A stretch of DNA of 49,984 bases, filler included, from Sphacelaria rigidula (lineage: Eukaryota), in the NCBI GenBank assembly GCA_964200075.2. It is 3 parts of 3 records of this genome, joined end to end, with 100 filler letters (N's around TTAATTAATTAA, not from the genome) between each part and the next. Parts side by side here need not be neighbours in the genome. Positions count along the whole stretch, not along the records: positions 33,391 to 49,984 come from CAXNAA020001305.1; 2 more parts are not named here. One strand, written 5' to 3'. The notes beneath the pieces are model-generated. The model had not been told where the DNA came from, ran no database searches, and saw nothing but the letters and a program-made list of their open reading frames with translations. Position numbers and translations under genes: made by a program. The number at the start of each line of letters is the position of its first letter. Position 1 is the stretch's first letter. This document shows positions 35,412 through 47,089 of this stretch, in pieces.

Positions 35412-38400
35412 TATTATCACGCGAAAACGAGGATGCGCGGCGCAATCTTTAGAATTTCGAGGTGAACATATGACACCAGAAGAACAAAGCATAGACCTAC
35501 CCTGGCTCTGCGATCAGCCAAGTTTTTTCTCCAAGGGACTCCAAGGGAGCTGAAGACAGCCGAAAAGTGAGGCATCACCCGGAGTTGAGGGTAAAACGAA
35601 AACAAAAACGGCTGATCGCGGGGATAGGGTGGACCTATGTGTCATTTCTCTTTGATGTCAAAACTTCATCCTAAAAATTGAAAAAATGCGCCGCCCACGG
35701 CCTGTGACCAGTGGCGACGGAGCCTTGGCCGGATCAGCTCGTAGCATCGTTGCTGGCGAAAGGCTTCGTGTCATAGTGTACTTGTCTGCAGTTCTCGTTC
35801 GCCCTCGCCCGTCGTTAGCTTGCGGTGTGATCTTGGAGAGGAAATTGACATCTCCAGAATACACCATGTTTGACCCACTCACTGCGCCAGCGAATGTACG
35901 TGCCCCCGACACCGAGATGTTTTCGCCGCCCAGTGATGAATATCTAGTAGGGAATAACACTGACCGCGTTTTCATTTCTGCAGTTTACAAACAGAACCAA
36001 ACTACCACTCGTGGGGACGGTTTTGATGCCCGCAGCATGTCGTGCTCAAGACATTTCACTTGAGCCCCAAACCTATCGGAGTACCATCCGAATTTCGTCG
36101 TTGTGCAGCTTCCAACGGCCAAGGGAATTTATTCAGCAACTGCACAAGCCGCATAAAATTTTGGTCGAAAAAACATGAGCACTTGAGATGAAGAGGGAGG
36201 ATGACTCCATCTCGAGTGATTCCCAATAACCAATACTCGTAAAACAATGTCGGAAACGTGCCAGTCCATAATACCATACCCTCCAATGGTCATACTGAGT
36301 ACATGTCACGTTGAGTAATAATGCTCGGCGCCCAAGGCAACAATTGCACAAACTTAGAAAAGCTTCGACAGATGAGTTGATATCACAGATAGCACTGTTA
36401 CGGTATCCGGCAACTCATGCACTGAGCACAACCGTATGATGCTTGTATGGGCTTGTGTACCTCCGGTACAAGGAAGGTAAAATTTTAGCACTCGTTCGTT
36501 TGGCTCTTGGTACTGTCGACATTCGAGTTCATTATCCAAGCAAGTTGCAATCATAGTTAGAATCGGCATTAACATACATACGACAGGCTTGTCCGAGAGA
36601 ATTAGCGCAAAGTTTGTCGGCCAAGGTTTTGTCCTCGCCCACACGCAGATCCAGGCGAACTATGTGAATGCTCCTTAGTACTGTATGTAGGGAACGAAGT
36701 GACGGCTTCTTTCTCGGTGCCAGCCCGTAGTGGGGCGCTAGCAGCGTGCGAAACAGGGGCTCTCAAAGTGTAGAGGAGTCCATGTAGCGAAATCTCCAAA
36801 ATCTAACCGCGCCACCGCTGCTTGCAGCTGGTGTTGTCGAGGTGCGCCGCACATTTTGCACTTGGTGTGCACCGCCAACAGTCGTGTGCATCCAGCAAGA
36901 AGCCGCCTCCAAAAGGGCAGAGCGCGGTTCGTCGCACACACGAACGTGTACAACACATCCTGCGACGAGGTCAGGGGGATCCTGAAGAAAGCCCGACGGA
37001 TGCAATATCTGACAGCGTTTCAAAAACTGTTCTCGACTGAATTCAATTCCCCGACATCGACGTTGAATTTGTGCAAAAGGAACAGATGTTCGACAACGTT
37101 TTGGGAACCTGTTCTCAATGAACAGATATTCGACAACGTTTTGGGAGGCTGCTCTGTCTACACTCTTATGTTTGGCAACTGGGAACAGAAAACGGCTGTC
37201 ATGTATCCATGTCTCCATGAGAAGTGTGTGCTCGAAGAGCTGTATTACTGCTAAATCTGAGGATACGTGCTATACATGTACATGCATGTTTATGCCGCAC
37301 GTCTCACGTACGCATACACGCACAGACACCTGGACAGCTGCAAACTGAATGTCACATTTTGTGCTCGAAGCAACATGTGTCGCCGAATACGAGGATGCGT
37401 AAGATCACGACTCCGGTACTACATTAAGGTTTCGGTTTATTGTGGTGATGCATGACACCTCTGTCCGAGCAAGATGTTCTACACCGTACGTCAGGAGCCA
37501 GCACGGTTCAGAACGAGTCATCGGTAAGAAAGGTCCAAGAGCCGGAGGCAGTACGGTTCAATGGGAGCTACCAAAACAAACGATTCGGGAAAATTATTGT
37601 AGCCACTGTGATTCAGGCAAGCCAGAACGGCTATGTAACTCCACACTGAAAGTCCTATAGTTGTGGTTCAGGGCTGAGGTTCAGAAATAAGGTTCGAAGA
37701 GACGGTTCCAGAACAGAAAGAGTTCGATGGATACGCTGTTCGCGCAAGACCGCGAAGCCCGCTTGATTCACTGTTAACTTGGTACCCGACCCAACTAGCC
37801 CAACCCTCATCGAGCAGAGCCCAGCAGGAGTGTTGAGACAACCGTTGTAGAGCAGGTTTGGTGACCAACAAGTGAGAGCTGAAAAGGAAGTTAACAATAG
37901 ATTCACAAAAGGGAAACCCTCACAATCTTGAGGTACGCTAACAACGTATCCAGAAGCCATACCACTAGCTATCTGCTGGCTTCAAATAACATCGAACACT
38001 TTAGTCCGTGTTAATGCTGCGTAAGCACAACTTAGCGCCGTGATTTCCCTCAAGAGGAAAATACTGTAGAAATAGACGAGGCAGCAAAGAGAGAGTTAGC
38101 AGAAACGATTTCTGTAGCTGTAGCGGTAGCTCTGCAACAGCAGGCTGCAGCCACTCCAGCTCCAACCCCGATTCCCGCTCCAGAAACAGCCTCCCTCGAC
38201 TCAAAGAAGGCTCAGGGACGAGCGAAGTACAAGGCCGACCTTCAGTCCTTCGCCGGGGAATAACAGGACTTACCAGACTGGCATGAGACATTTCGGGCGC
38301 ACGCGAGGATGTTCGCCTCAGCTTCGGAGCTAGCGACCGTAGATAAGATGCAGGTTGAAGCGGATTATTCCAGCGACTAGGGAGCTGACCAAGCGCGGAT

Positions 38401-39319
38401 CAAGATTGCACCACGGACCCAGTTAGCCTCCATGTCCACCTCAAGAGGCCCAGCGAAGAAAATTGTACAGAACACCGACTCACCCAGCACGGCATCGAGT
38501 AAACTGCTGCAGCCGTACCGTGCGAGCGGCCTCAGGGGCAAGTGCCGCCTAGTGACCGACTTCGCCGCGCTGATAATGGAGCCCGAAGAGATGCTCAAGA
38601 AGTTCATAATGCAAGTGGGCAAGAACCTATCGCCATCCTCGATCGACTCACGCAGGAATACACCATCGAGCGGCAACTGTTGGAAGGAGAGACCTAAGCA
38701 CCCTCGCGGGCGAACATCGAGAAAGACCTCAACCAATAACAGCGGCTCCAGAGAGAGAAGGGTAAAGCTAGTGCGCAAGCACTTGTGGTCGCGACGAAAC
38801 CGGATCAACAAAAGTCCTAGTCCGCCAACCCAAAGCAAAAACGATGCAAGTTGCGCTCGAAGTTCAACGGAGAGTGCTCGAAGAGCGGAAAGCGGGGACA
38901 ACGTGGAGAGGAATGCCGCGACGGTAAACCGATAAGGATACCCGGTGCTTGACCTGTGCAGTGGGATCCCGGAGCACGAGGCCGCCGCTTGCGAAAAGAA
39001 ATTAACTGAGAAAGGCGGGAATGAAATCGCATTGCTGTTGAGGTAAGGTGTGCTCGGGACCAAGCGGTTTTACACCAGGGAGATGGGGGAAAACGGTGAG
39101 GTAGTGAAACGCAAGTGCCGTGATGTTCCTCAGGGACGCACAGATCAAAGGACTGCACTACACGGAGTCATCACCTACAGCAACAGCGGCAAGCATCTGC
39201 ATGGCACTCGCAACTGCGGGAATCAAGGACATGGGGATGCGCCATCTCGACTTCGAATAAGCTTATGTGATGGCCGAAATCGACACTGAGATCACATAAA
39301 GCCACCGGAAGAGTACCGA

Positions 39320-40390
39320 GTGTTCCCCAACACGATGGGAAGGCTGAACAAAGCGACCAACGGCCTAGTACAGTCCAGCTGTTGCTGGAACTTGAAACTC
39401 GCCGGCGACCTGAAGGAAATGGGCTTCGAGCAATCGCACGCCGACCACTGCGTCTGCCAGAAGCTTCACGCAGGGGAGATCGAGGCAATCCTCGTCGTTC
39501 ACGTGGACAACCTCTTCGCCCTGACCACCACGTCAGAGATGATGGAGTACTTCGTGAAGGAAGTAGGTACCCGATGCAAGGTGCCACTACATAAGGTGCC
39601 ACTACATAAGGTGCCACTACATAAGGTGCCACATCACCCGAAACCACAAGAAGCGAAAACGGAAATTCGACCATCTGTATCTTCGAACGATCATCCGCAG
39701 ATTGGGCATCGATAAGACCGCCATGGTACAAATGGCGGCCATCGGGCCGCCGCTATCGAAGGAGGACGGGCCAAGGACTCAAGAAGAGGAATGTATGAGA
39801 TATGCAGGCTATCCCCTACCGCGAAGCAGTGAGGGCTATCTTGTGGGCTGCGACTATGACGATGCCAGACATCTCAAGGGCTGCGCGTACGGTCGAAAGA
39901 TCAGCAAAAACTCCTGCAAGACGTACTGGAGAGCCGTGGCGAGGGTGTTGCAATATCTGCAAAGGATTCAGGAACTCGGTGTCACCTACGGGGGGCGTAA
40001 ATACGGCGGCATGGAAATGAATGCGTACGTTGATTCTGGCTACGCCACGTGCCCGGACAGCAGGCGATCAGTGACGGGACGAGCAGTGCTCCTGGGAGAA
40101 GGAGCAACTACAGTAGCAGGTTCTCGAGGATGCAAGAGACCGTCGCTGCAGGCTTGACGGAAGCTGAATGCACTGCTCCATCCGATGTCGTGCAGGAAGT
40201 GATTTTCCTACGCTAAATGCAGGAATTTAAAATGCTAGAGTTGAAGAACTACCCCATCACCATCATGGAAGAAAACGAAGAACCTATCAAATTGGCCAAT
40301 AACAAGCACGCGAGCTGCCGGACGAGGAATATCTACGTCAAACACTACATTGTCCGCGACCAGATGAAGCAGGGGAAGGCTCGCGTGATT
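39320..40390 (+). pseudogene. Copia pol remnant (reverse transcriptase and RNase H)
   Basis: ORFs 39320-39715, 39702-40157, 39802-40020 and 40217-40471 carry successive copia motifs across frameshifts; the catalytic YVDD is degraded to HVDN. Confidence 0.88.
39578..39632 (+). repeat. 15-nt minisatellite inside the copia RT
   Basis: (AAGGTGCCACTACAT) x3 plus AAGGTGCCAC. Confidence 0.95.
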
Positions 40391-40907
40391 ATGAGTTCGA
40401 TGGATACGCTGTTCGCGCAAGACCGCGAAGCCCAACTGATTCACTTTCAAATTGGTACCCTACCCAAGTAGGCCAACGCTCATCCTGAGTGTCCAGCAGT
40501 GGTGTCGAGACAAGTGTTGTAGGGCAAGTGTGGTAACCGACAAAAGGGGGCTGAAATGGAAATTAAAAAAATAGACAAGTAAGAGGGAGACCATCACAGA
40601 GTCTTGAGGTACGCTAACGACGTATCATCGTGGAGAAGCCGTACCATTAGCGATCTGCTGGTGTCAGATAACATTGAACGACGTCATCGCAGTATACCGT
40701 CACCAAATACTTCACGTGATGAAGACTTTCACCAAATCGTCAACCCAAACAACTTGCAGCTCACAAGACGATGCACATTTGTGCCGAACGTGTAGTGTGC
40801 ATGTACATGCACACATATCTCTTCATGAAGCATGAAGCGTACGAGTTATCTCAGAATGCCGTCAGTGTAATAAATTGATTCCTCGACGGACACTTGCGGG
40901 AATCTTT

Positions 40908-41354
40908 CACCCGTCGGACGAGCACGAGTATGACTCGTGGCGCTCGCACTCGTTCGGCTGCTCGTGGCCTGTTGTTGGGGGTCATCGAGCACTCGAGTCA
41001 TTGTTCGTGGTGGAAAAAATTAATAGGGCGAGTACTCGAGTCATTGCTCGTGGTGGAAAACAATATTAGGGCAAGCGCTCGTGTCATTGCTCGTGGTGGA
41101 GAAAAATAATAGGGCGAGCACTCGAGTCATTGCTCGTGGTGGAAAATTGATATGGCAGGCACTCGAGCCATTGCTCGTAGTGGGAAAAAATAATAAGGCA
41201 AGCACTCGAGTCATTGCTCGTGGTGGGAAAATTGATATGGCAGGCACTCGAGTCATTGCTCGTGGTGATAAAAATTAATAGGTCAAGCATCCGAGTCATG
41301 GCTCGTGGTGGAAAAATCAATGACCCGAGCACACGAGTCATTGCTCGTGGTGAA
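40908..41354 (+). mobile_element. TIR element family C, copy 1 (3'-truncated), 9-unit internal array
   Basis: Starts CACCCGTCGGACGAGCACGAGTATGACTC; nine ~42-43-nt units GAGCACTCGAGTCATTGCTCGTGGTGGAAAA plus an AT-rich linker. Confidence 0.75.
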
Positions 41355-41962
41355 CGACTTGAGTCGAGGAGTCAGCAATCCGACGAGCAAATAATTGTAA
41401 TGCAGCTGCTCGATAAGCTTGAACCTATAATCTTCAAGTTGATACATATATCTGCACATGTACAAGCGTCAAGCTTCAAAGCGGACCAGGGTGGTATCCC
41501 ACATCGCAAATTATGTACAGGCTGGGTAGTGTTTTCAGACTGTGGTGCCTTCACGGTCGCGCCAGAAAACCTGACGCATGTGCTAGGGATCTTGTGCATG
41601 TGCAAGGCATCTTGTGGCAGAACAACATCGACATAGCACATGCCTCCAAATCGTTTTGAAAACACCGACATAGCATATGCTGCGTGCATCGTTTCGAACA
41701 AATAAGCTGAACCGTGCAGGCAGTAGCTGCGTGCCAGTGGCTGCTAGAAAGTGAAATGCGCATCCGTTATAAACTACACATATATCTGTAAGAATTAATC
41801 AGCAATGCCCCGCTCATGCAGCACAGCCAGCTACCTGACGCTTGACAGTGTATCTCCCATCACATGGGCGGAGCCAAACTAGCGAATGCAGGAAGCCTGC
41901 GGTGGTGCGGAGTATTGTACAAGCAAGAAAGCCGCAGCCACCAACAGTACAGCACAAATGCG

Positions 41963-42419
41963 CACGTCGAACGAGCACGAGTATGACTCATGGCACTCGC
42001 ACTCGTTCGGCTGCTCGTGGGCCGTTTTTGGAGGTCCTCGAGCACTCGAGTGCTCGAGGTGGAAACAATTAATAGGGCGAGCACTCGAGTCATTGCTCGT
42101 GGTGGAAAAAAATCAGTAGGGCGAGCACTCGAGTCATTGCTCATGGCGGAAAAAATTAATAGGGCGAATACTCGAGTCATTGCTCGTGGTGATAAAAATG
42201 AATAGGGCAAGATCAATGCTGGTGGTGGAAAAATCAATGACTCGAGCACGCGAGCACGCGAGTTATGCTCGTGGTGAAGAATATAAATAACTCGAGCACA
42301 CGAGTCATTGCTCGTTGTGAAAGAAATGCATAACTCGAGCACACGAGTCATGCCAGTGGTGTGTTCAAGAAACATTAACGAGTGCACTCGTTTCGACGAG
42401 TAGTGAGTCGTCCGCCGTG
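41963..42419 (+). mobile_element. TIR element family C, copy 2
   Basis: CACGTCGAACGAG ... GTCGTCCGCCGTG termini; about 7-8 internal units; subterminal hairpin ACTCGT-TTCG-ACGAGT. Confidence 0.75.
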
Positions 42420-43371
42420 TGGAACCTTTTCTTTTTTGCAGTAGTACCCACATAACCCCTCCTTATATAAAGTGACCACTGATATGCGCAAATAAACTGG
42501 ATGGCTTCCCTAAGCTTCCATATATAGGTTTTTCGAAGCCTGGATCTTGCATGTCGCTAGGACGACAGTTAAAAGAACCAAAGAACAGGGATGATGTAGA
42601 TCGCCAGAGGGAATGCAAGCGAATGCTCCTGCATGTGCCGTCCGCCATCACCCCCCCGTACCTCAACCGTTCCCTCCGCCCTCCCCCCCCCCCCCCCCCC
42701 CCTCACACCACCACCCCCCCACCNNNNNNNNNNCAGAGGAAAGGCAAACGCACACCCCCTCCCGTTCCGCCCCCCCCCCCCCCCCCCCCCCCCACCCTTC
42801 CCCCCCCCCCCCCCCCCCCCCCCCCGTGTCTCCCAATGGTCTGATGACTATGGCATGCATGATCATGAGTACACCCCCGTCTCTCTCTCCTTACACAATA
42901 CAAGCCAACGTTTTGGGAAGTGTTTCTGATATAAAAAGTCTAGCAACGTTGGTGGATGTTGTTCAAAACGAAGTACATCATCTAACAACGTTAAAAAACG
43001 TTCTAAACCGCATGCAACATCAGACAACGCCGTAGTATTTGTTTGAGATCGAATGCAATCAATATCCGACAACGTTCTAGAAACTGTTCCAACTCGAACA
43101 GGTGGTATGTGTGTGTGTATATATATATATATACAAGGGGTTTGGCGGCTTCCGCCGCAACGCTCAATGAGATCGATAGCCAAGGTACATGAGAACCGGT
43201 CATCGTTGCTCGCATTAGGCGACGGAACAGATCACAGCTTCAAGTGCAGTATATTGCGCTGTGTTATGAATATGAAATGGATGAATATACTATGCAAAAC
43301 ACTGCCGGGAAAGCGATGCTCCTGAAACCTCCTGAAGCGAAATGTCTGGCGGAATGGAAGCGGAAAACGTG

Positions 43372-43419
43372 TACTGTGATACTGTGATACTGTGATACTG
43401 TGATACTGTGGTACTGTGA
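43372..43419 (+). repeat. Octamer microsatellite (TACTGTGA) x6
   Basis: Six units, one of them TACTGTGG. Confidence 0.95.
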
Positions 43420-44623
43420 AGTCAGGTATTGCTTGACCGGGCAGAGACGCTGGGAAAGTCCTCGACTCATGATAGCAGAGACGTTCTGTTCTGTGTTCTG
43501 GCCTGTACACACGGGAAACTTCGCGACTCACTATAGTACGGGGAAATGCTCGGTTCTCAGAGCTTATGTGAATGTTCTGGGATTCTGACCAAGAAGGGCG
43601 GAGCGATTGGAAGGCCTGCATGCCGTGTGACGTGGACGAAGGGTCGACAAACGAAGGGTCTACCTCCACGGCAAGGAAGAAACGGCGGAACGAAATGGAT
43701 GAAAACACCATGCAGAACAATGCCGAGAAAGCGATGAAAGCGATGCTCCCGAATCGACCTGAAGCGAAATGTCTACCGAAATCGAAGCGGAAAACGTGTC
43801 AGAGGTTGACAGGACGACGGCCCCGATTCGCTGTACTTCGCTGTACTCCGCTGTACTCCAAAATCAAGTAAGAGCCAATACTGGCTTCTCAGAGCTTCAG
43901 TTCAGGGAGAATGAAATGGGCGCGAAAAAATGTACTCTAAAATCAAGTGAAAAATGACAAAAGGTGCACCTGCGTCCAATGCTCTTCAACGGCGAAAAAG
44001 ATAAATGAGTTGATTGTTATATCGATTTCCCGGAACATTTTCAAAGATGAAATCATTTTTCGCACACCTGTTCCCGGATGACGTAACCGGTGTTTGTGTA
44101 TCCCTTCCTTTACTCGGTTTCACCCATTAACGGGGGTATTAACGGGGGTTCTCGGCCATTGCAGCTTGCCTCGCCTTCGGAAATACTTCATGTTCGCTAC
44201 GAATCTCACGCCGTTCTCAAGTGTGAGGAGACGAAATTTCACATACTCATTTTGGCAGTCAATTCGGAAATAGCCAGTCTTTGTTCGTTTCGAAGTGCGG
44301 TGGAGTTACTAACCCTAACCCATTTCTCCGGCTGATGAGCCGCCGTAAGTGCCCGAGAACCACACATTTTCGGAACAATCTCATGTTTGCTTAATTTTCA
44401 CTCTACTTGTTAGAGTTCGGAGGCAAAATTTTACACAACTGTTCCTATAAGCCAGCCAGCCCCGAGGTCATCAGCACTTCGTTGGTCGGACATTCGGCTG
44501 GGTTGAGCGCTTTCTTCGGCCGATAAGCCGCCAGAAGTGCCCGGAGGCTCCGTTTTCTCGGAATAATTCTACTCTTGCTCAATTTCTCACGCGTTTTTCA
44601 AGATGCGGGAGACAAACCTTCTA

Positions 44624-44907
44624 CACGTCGGATGAGTCACTACTCGTCGAAACGAGTGCGCTCGTTGATGAATTTCGAAAGCGCAACGAGCAATGACTCG
44701 AGCGCTCGCCCCTATCAAGTATTTCCACCACGAGCAATGACTCGAGTGTGCTTGCCTTATTAATATTCCACAACGAGCTGGAGTGCTCGCCCAATTAAGT
44801 TTTCCACAACAAGCAATGACTCGAGTGCTGGAGAACCTCCAAAAACGGCCAACGAGCAGCCCAACGAGCGCGAGTGCCACGAGTCATGCTCGTGCTCGGC
44901 CGACGTG
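44624..44907 (-). mobile_element. TIR element family C, copy 3 (reverse orientation, about 4 units)
   Basis: TA|CACGTCGGATGAG ... CTCGGCCGACGTG|TG; reverse complement of copy 2. Confidence 0.75.
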
Positions 44908-45151
44908 TGAAAATATCGCACACATGTTCATGAAGGCACGCCCACACGCCCAAGGTCGCCGATGTTTGCGCTAGTTTCGCTCAGTTTCGCCGGTTTCTCG
45001 GGGGCCCCTTCTGGAGGACACAGCTGATGACCCCAAAAAACTGGAGAAACCGAGCGAGATCAAATTTGAAGATTGTCGACCTCAGGCTTGCCTTCGGGAA
45101 CACGTGTGATAAATTTCGTCTCCGAACTCCAACAAACGGCGCCAGAAATGG

Positions 45152-47089
45152 CTACCGACTATACTTCTGGCTACTTCGTCGGACCAGCTCGTAGCAGTCG
45201 TTCGAGTCGACAACAAAGCAAATGGCATCCCAACCCCAACCATCTACACCGATCGTGCTCAACTCCATGTCGTGCAAAAGCCATGCTCTCCGTACCCAAC
45301 GCCCAGAGTATGGATCGAGCTGAACGAAAAACAGAACACCGGGCGGCAAGATGCATTCAAAATATAAAGGTTTCGTACTGCGTTCACGACCCACCTTGTT
45401 CCATGAGTACCAGTCCCCGAATTCCTCGACAGCCGCTACCTGCCCTTGGGTTGCAACCACATCATCTTCCCAATCTTGGTTTCTGCCATCTTCAGTCCAA
45501 TTTATGCCCTCCCTGGCCTGAGACACCGCCCTCCTTCCCTCCAACTCATCCAACATCATTAGCAAAGACCGCTGCAGTTTCTCGATCTCGCTCCATTCTA
45601 CGCACCGTTCTACCCCAGTTGTCATGCCATCATCCTTACAACGGTTGTGATTGCTCGTCTCAAAGCCGGATGCAGGCGCCAGCGATTCGTCATGCTGCAC
45701 TGGCCCCCTGCGGTCGCCTTGTGTACTCTGTGTGCCTGCATCTCGGGGAAGCAACAGCAGCTCGTCCCACGCTGCAAGCTGAGGATCGGGCAAAAGTGTT
45801 GAACTATTCAGATCATTCACCCGATCGCGCCCACGTCGGCCATCATCACCCACTAAAGTCTGATGTCGTCGATATTGCTGATCTTGCTCCTCCATGCTAC
45901 CCCAGCGGCCCCATGCCGAGAAATCGTCGAGAGCAGACAGAAACCTAGTTTCGTCATCCCCCCCTTGCTCCTCCTCCGTGCTCCCCAACCCCCTTGGTGC
46001 AGCAGCTCCTGGACTTCCTCCCCCACCCGCACTTAGCTTTCCCCCGGCTCCCAGCAGCCTCTCCCTGGCCAAAGAATACCTAGAAATTTCTTCTCGCATC
46101 CCCGGTGGTAAATCTAGGGCCAGAGTCTCGGCCGTGTGCAGGTCTGTAGGCAGCTGCCCGCGTTCGTCCTCTCGGGATTGCGGGGTCACTCCATCCAAAA
46201 ACCCATCGCCACGGCTATTTCGAGAAAATCGGCTGATTGGTCGAATGGAGCTACCAGCAGCATTGCCAATAGACCGTCGTCGGACGGTAGAGACCCGCTC
46301 CTCCTCCGCTCGAATTTTACCATCAACGGAAGTGTCATTTGTTGCTCCCGTACGCCGATCGTGTGGAGTGCATGTGTGATTAGAAGTGAGGTTGGAAGCA
46401 CGCCTTCTTGTCGAGCTCGAGCTGCTAGCAAGCCTTTGGCCAGGGGTATAGCTGATGCGGCGAGGTGCCAATGCAGCGGTCGAGATTGCTATTCCGGGAT
46501 CAGGCACGGCGCGTCGCGAGGATGGGGGCGGTGACTCTTTGGATCGTCTGCGAGCTAATGTGGCAGCTGTAGGACGGGTAACGTCACCTACACCAGGTGC
46601 CGTCTTGCTCTTGACCGACGTCGCACCCGCCCCTTCTCCCCTGACGCTACCACCGGTTTGTGCTCGCGTGCCTTTGCCAGCACCCATCGTGGGAGGGGAA
46701 CGTGTCTGATTTCGGTTGCTTTCAACCGCCGCCGCGGAGGACGCTTTGGTGCCACTTTGAGTATTCAACGAAGATGGTTGGCTAGTACGGATGCTTCGCG
46801 CCTGTTCTAGAATTTGCCGCAGAGACTCCGTGATGCTTGAGGAGTCCAAAGCCGACCCATGCTCGGCGAAATCAGCATTATCGGCGTAAGCACATTCGAT
46901 TCTACGGTCAACAGAGTCATCGGACACCTCGAAAGAGTAGACACCGGGTGGCGAGCTCGATATTCCCCTCGGTATTGCGTAGCTATGCGCCCCCGCCGAT
47001 GGTGCAGACATGATGCCAGGTGCTGAAGCTTCGGCTGTGGTGAGATTTTGCGTCTGGTCATCGCCAAGTTCATCTTGCTGTTGCAACTC
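45152..47089 (-). CDS. Large exon of a hypothetical protein (Ser/Arg/Ala-rich disordered region, coiled coil, Trp-rich C-terminal domain)
   Basis: 654-codon stop-free frame, by far the longest in the window; pyrimidine-rich acceptor TTTTCCCACACCAG| at 47090/47089, in frame; no upstream exon identified; no family recognised. Confidence 0.75.
   Translation of the reverse strand, partial: ELQQQDELGDDQTQNLTTAEASAPGIMSAPSAGAHSYAIPRGISSSPPGVYSFEVSDDSVDRRIECAYADNADFAEHGSALDSSSITESLRQILEQARSIRTSQPSSLNTQSGTKASSAAAVESNRNQTRSPPTMGAGKGTRAQTGGSVRGEGAGATSVKSKTAPGVGDVTRPTAATLARRRSKESPPPSSRRAVPDPGIAISTAALAPRRISYTPGQRLASSSSSTRRRASNLTSNHTCTPHDRRTGATNDTSVDGKIRAEEERVSTVRRRSIGNAAGSSIRPISRFSRNSRGDGFLDGVTPQSREDERGQLPTDLHTAETLALDLPPGMREEISRYSLARERLLGAGGKLSAGGGGSPGAAAPRGLGSTEEEQGGDDETRFLSALDDFSAWGRWGSMEEQDQQYRRHQTLVGDDGRRGRDRVNDLNSSTLLPDPQLAAWDELLLLPRDAGTQSTQGDRRGPVQHDESLAPASGFETSNHNRCKDDGMTTGVERCVEWSEIEKLQRSLLMMLDELEGRRAVSQAREGINWTEDGRNQDWEDDVVATQGQVAAVEEFGDWYSWNKVGRERSTKPLYFECILPPGVLFFVQLDPYSGRWVRRAWLLHDMELSTIGVDGWGWDAICFVVDSNDCYELVRRSSQKYSR

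Larger units (their letters stand above)
37662..40680 (+). mobile_element. Decayed Ty1/copia LTR retrotransposon
   Basis: Direct repeats 37720-37998 and 40393-40680. Frameshifted RT motifs (LNKATNGLVQSSCCWN..L.EMGFEQSHADHCV..ILVVHVDNL; IPYREAVRAILW; YWRAVARVLQYL) and RNase H motifs (AYVDSGYATCPDSRRSVTG; IKLANN..SCRTRNIYVKHYIVRD). Left boundary approximate. Confidence 0.9.

Noticed and set aside
38377..39063. 228-aa and 167-aa ORFs as host genes
   Set aside because: They lie inside the copia element, in the decayed gag region or its antisense.
40987..41354. CRISPR-like array (palindromic ~30-nt repeats with variable linkers)
   Set aside because: Linkers are only 11-13 nt, mutually similar and recurring; repeats are degenerate; no cas genes; the array sits within TIRs in a eukaryotic genome.
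42551..43035. Proline-rich / glycine-rich ORFs
   Set aside because: Translations of poly-C tracts around an N gap.
44970..45060. Hammerhead-like CTGATGA...GAAAC
   Set aside because: Stem II does not close properly; the pairing is explained by a small GGTTTCTC/GAGAAACC inverted repeat. The CTGATGA sites at ~31132 and ~44332 also lack the required stems.
45073..46709. Plus-strand ORFs of 291, 161, 132 and 84 aa
   Set aside because: Antisense shadows of the 654-codon minus-strand frame.
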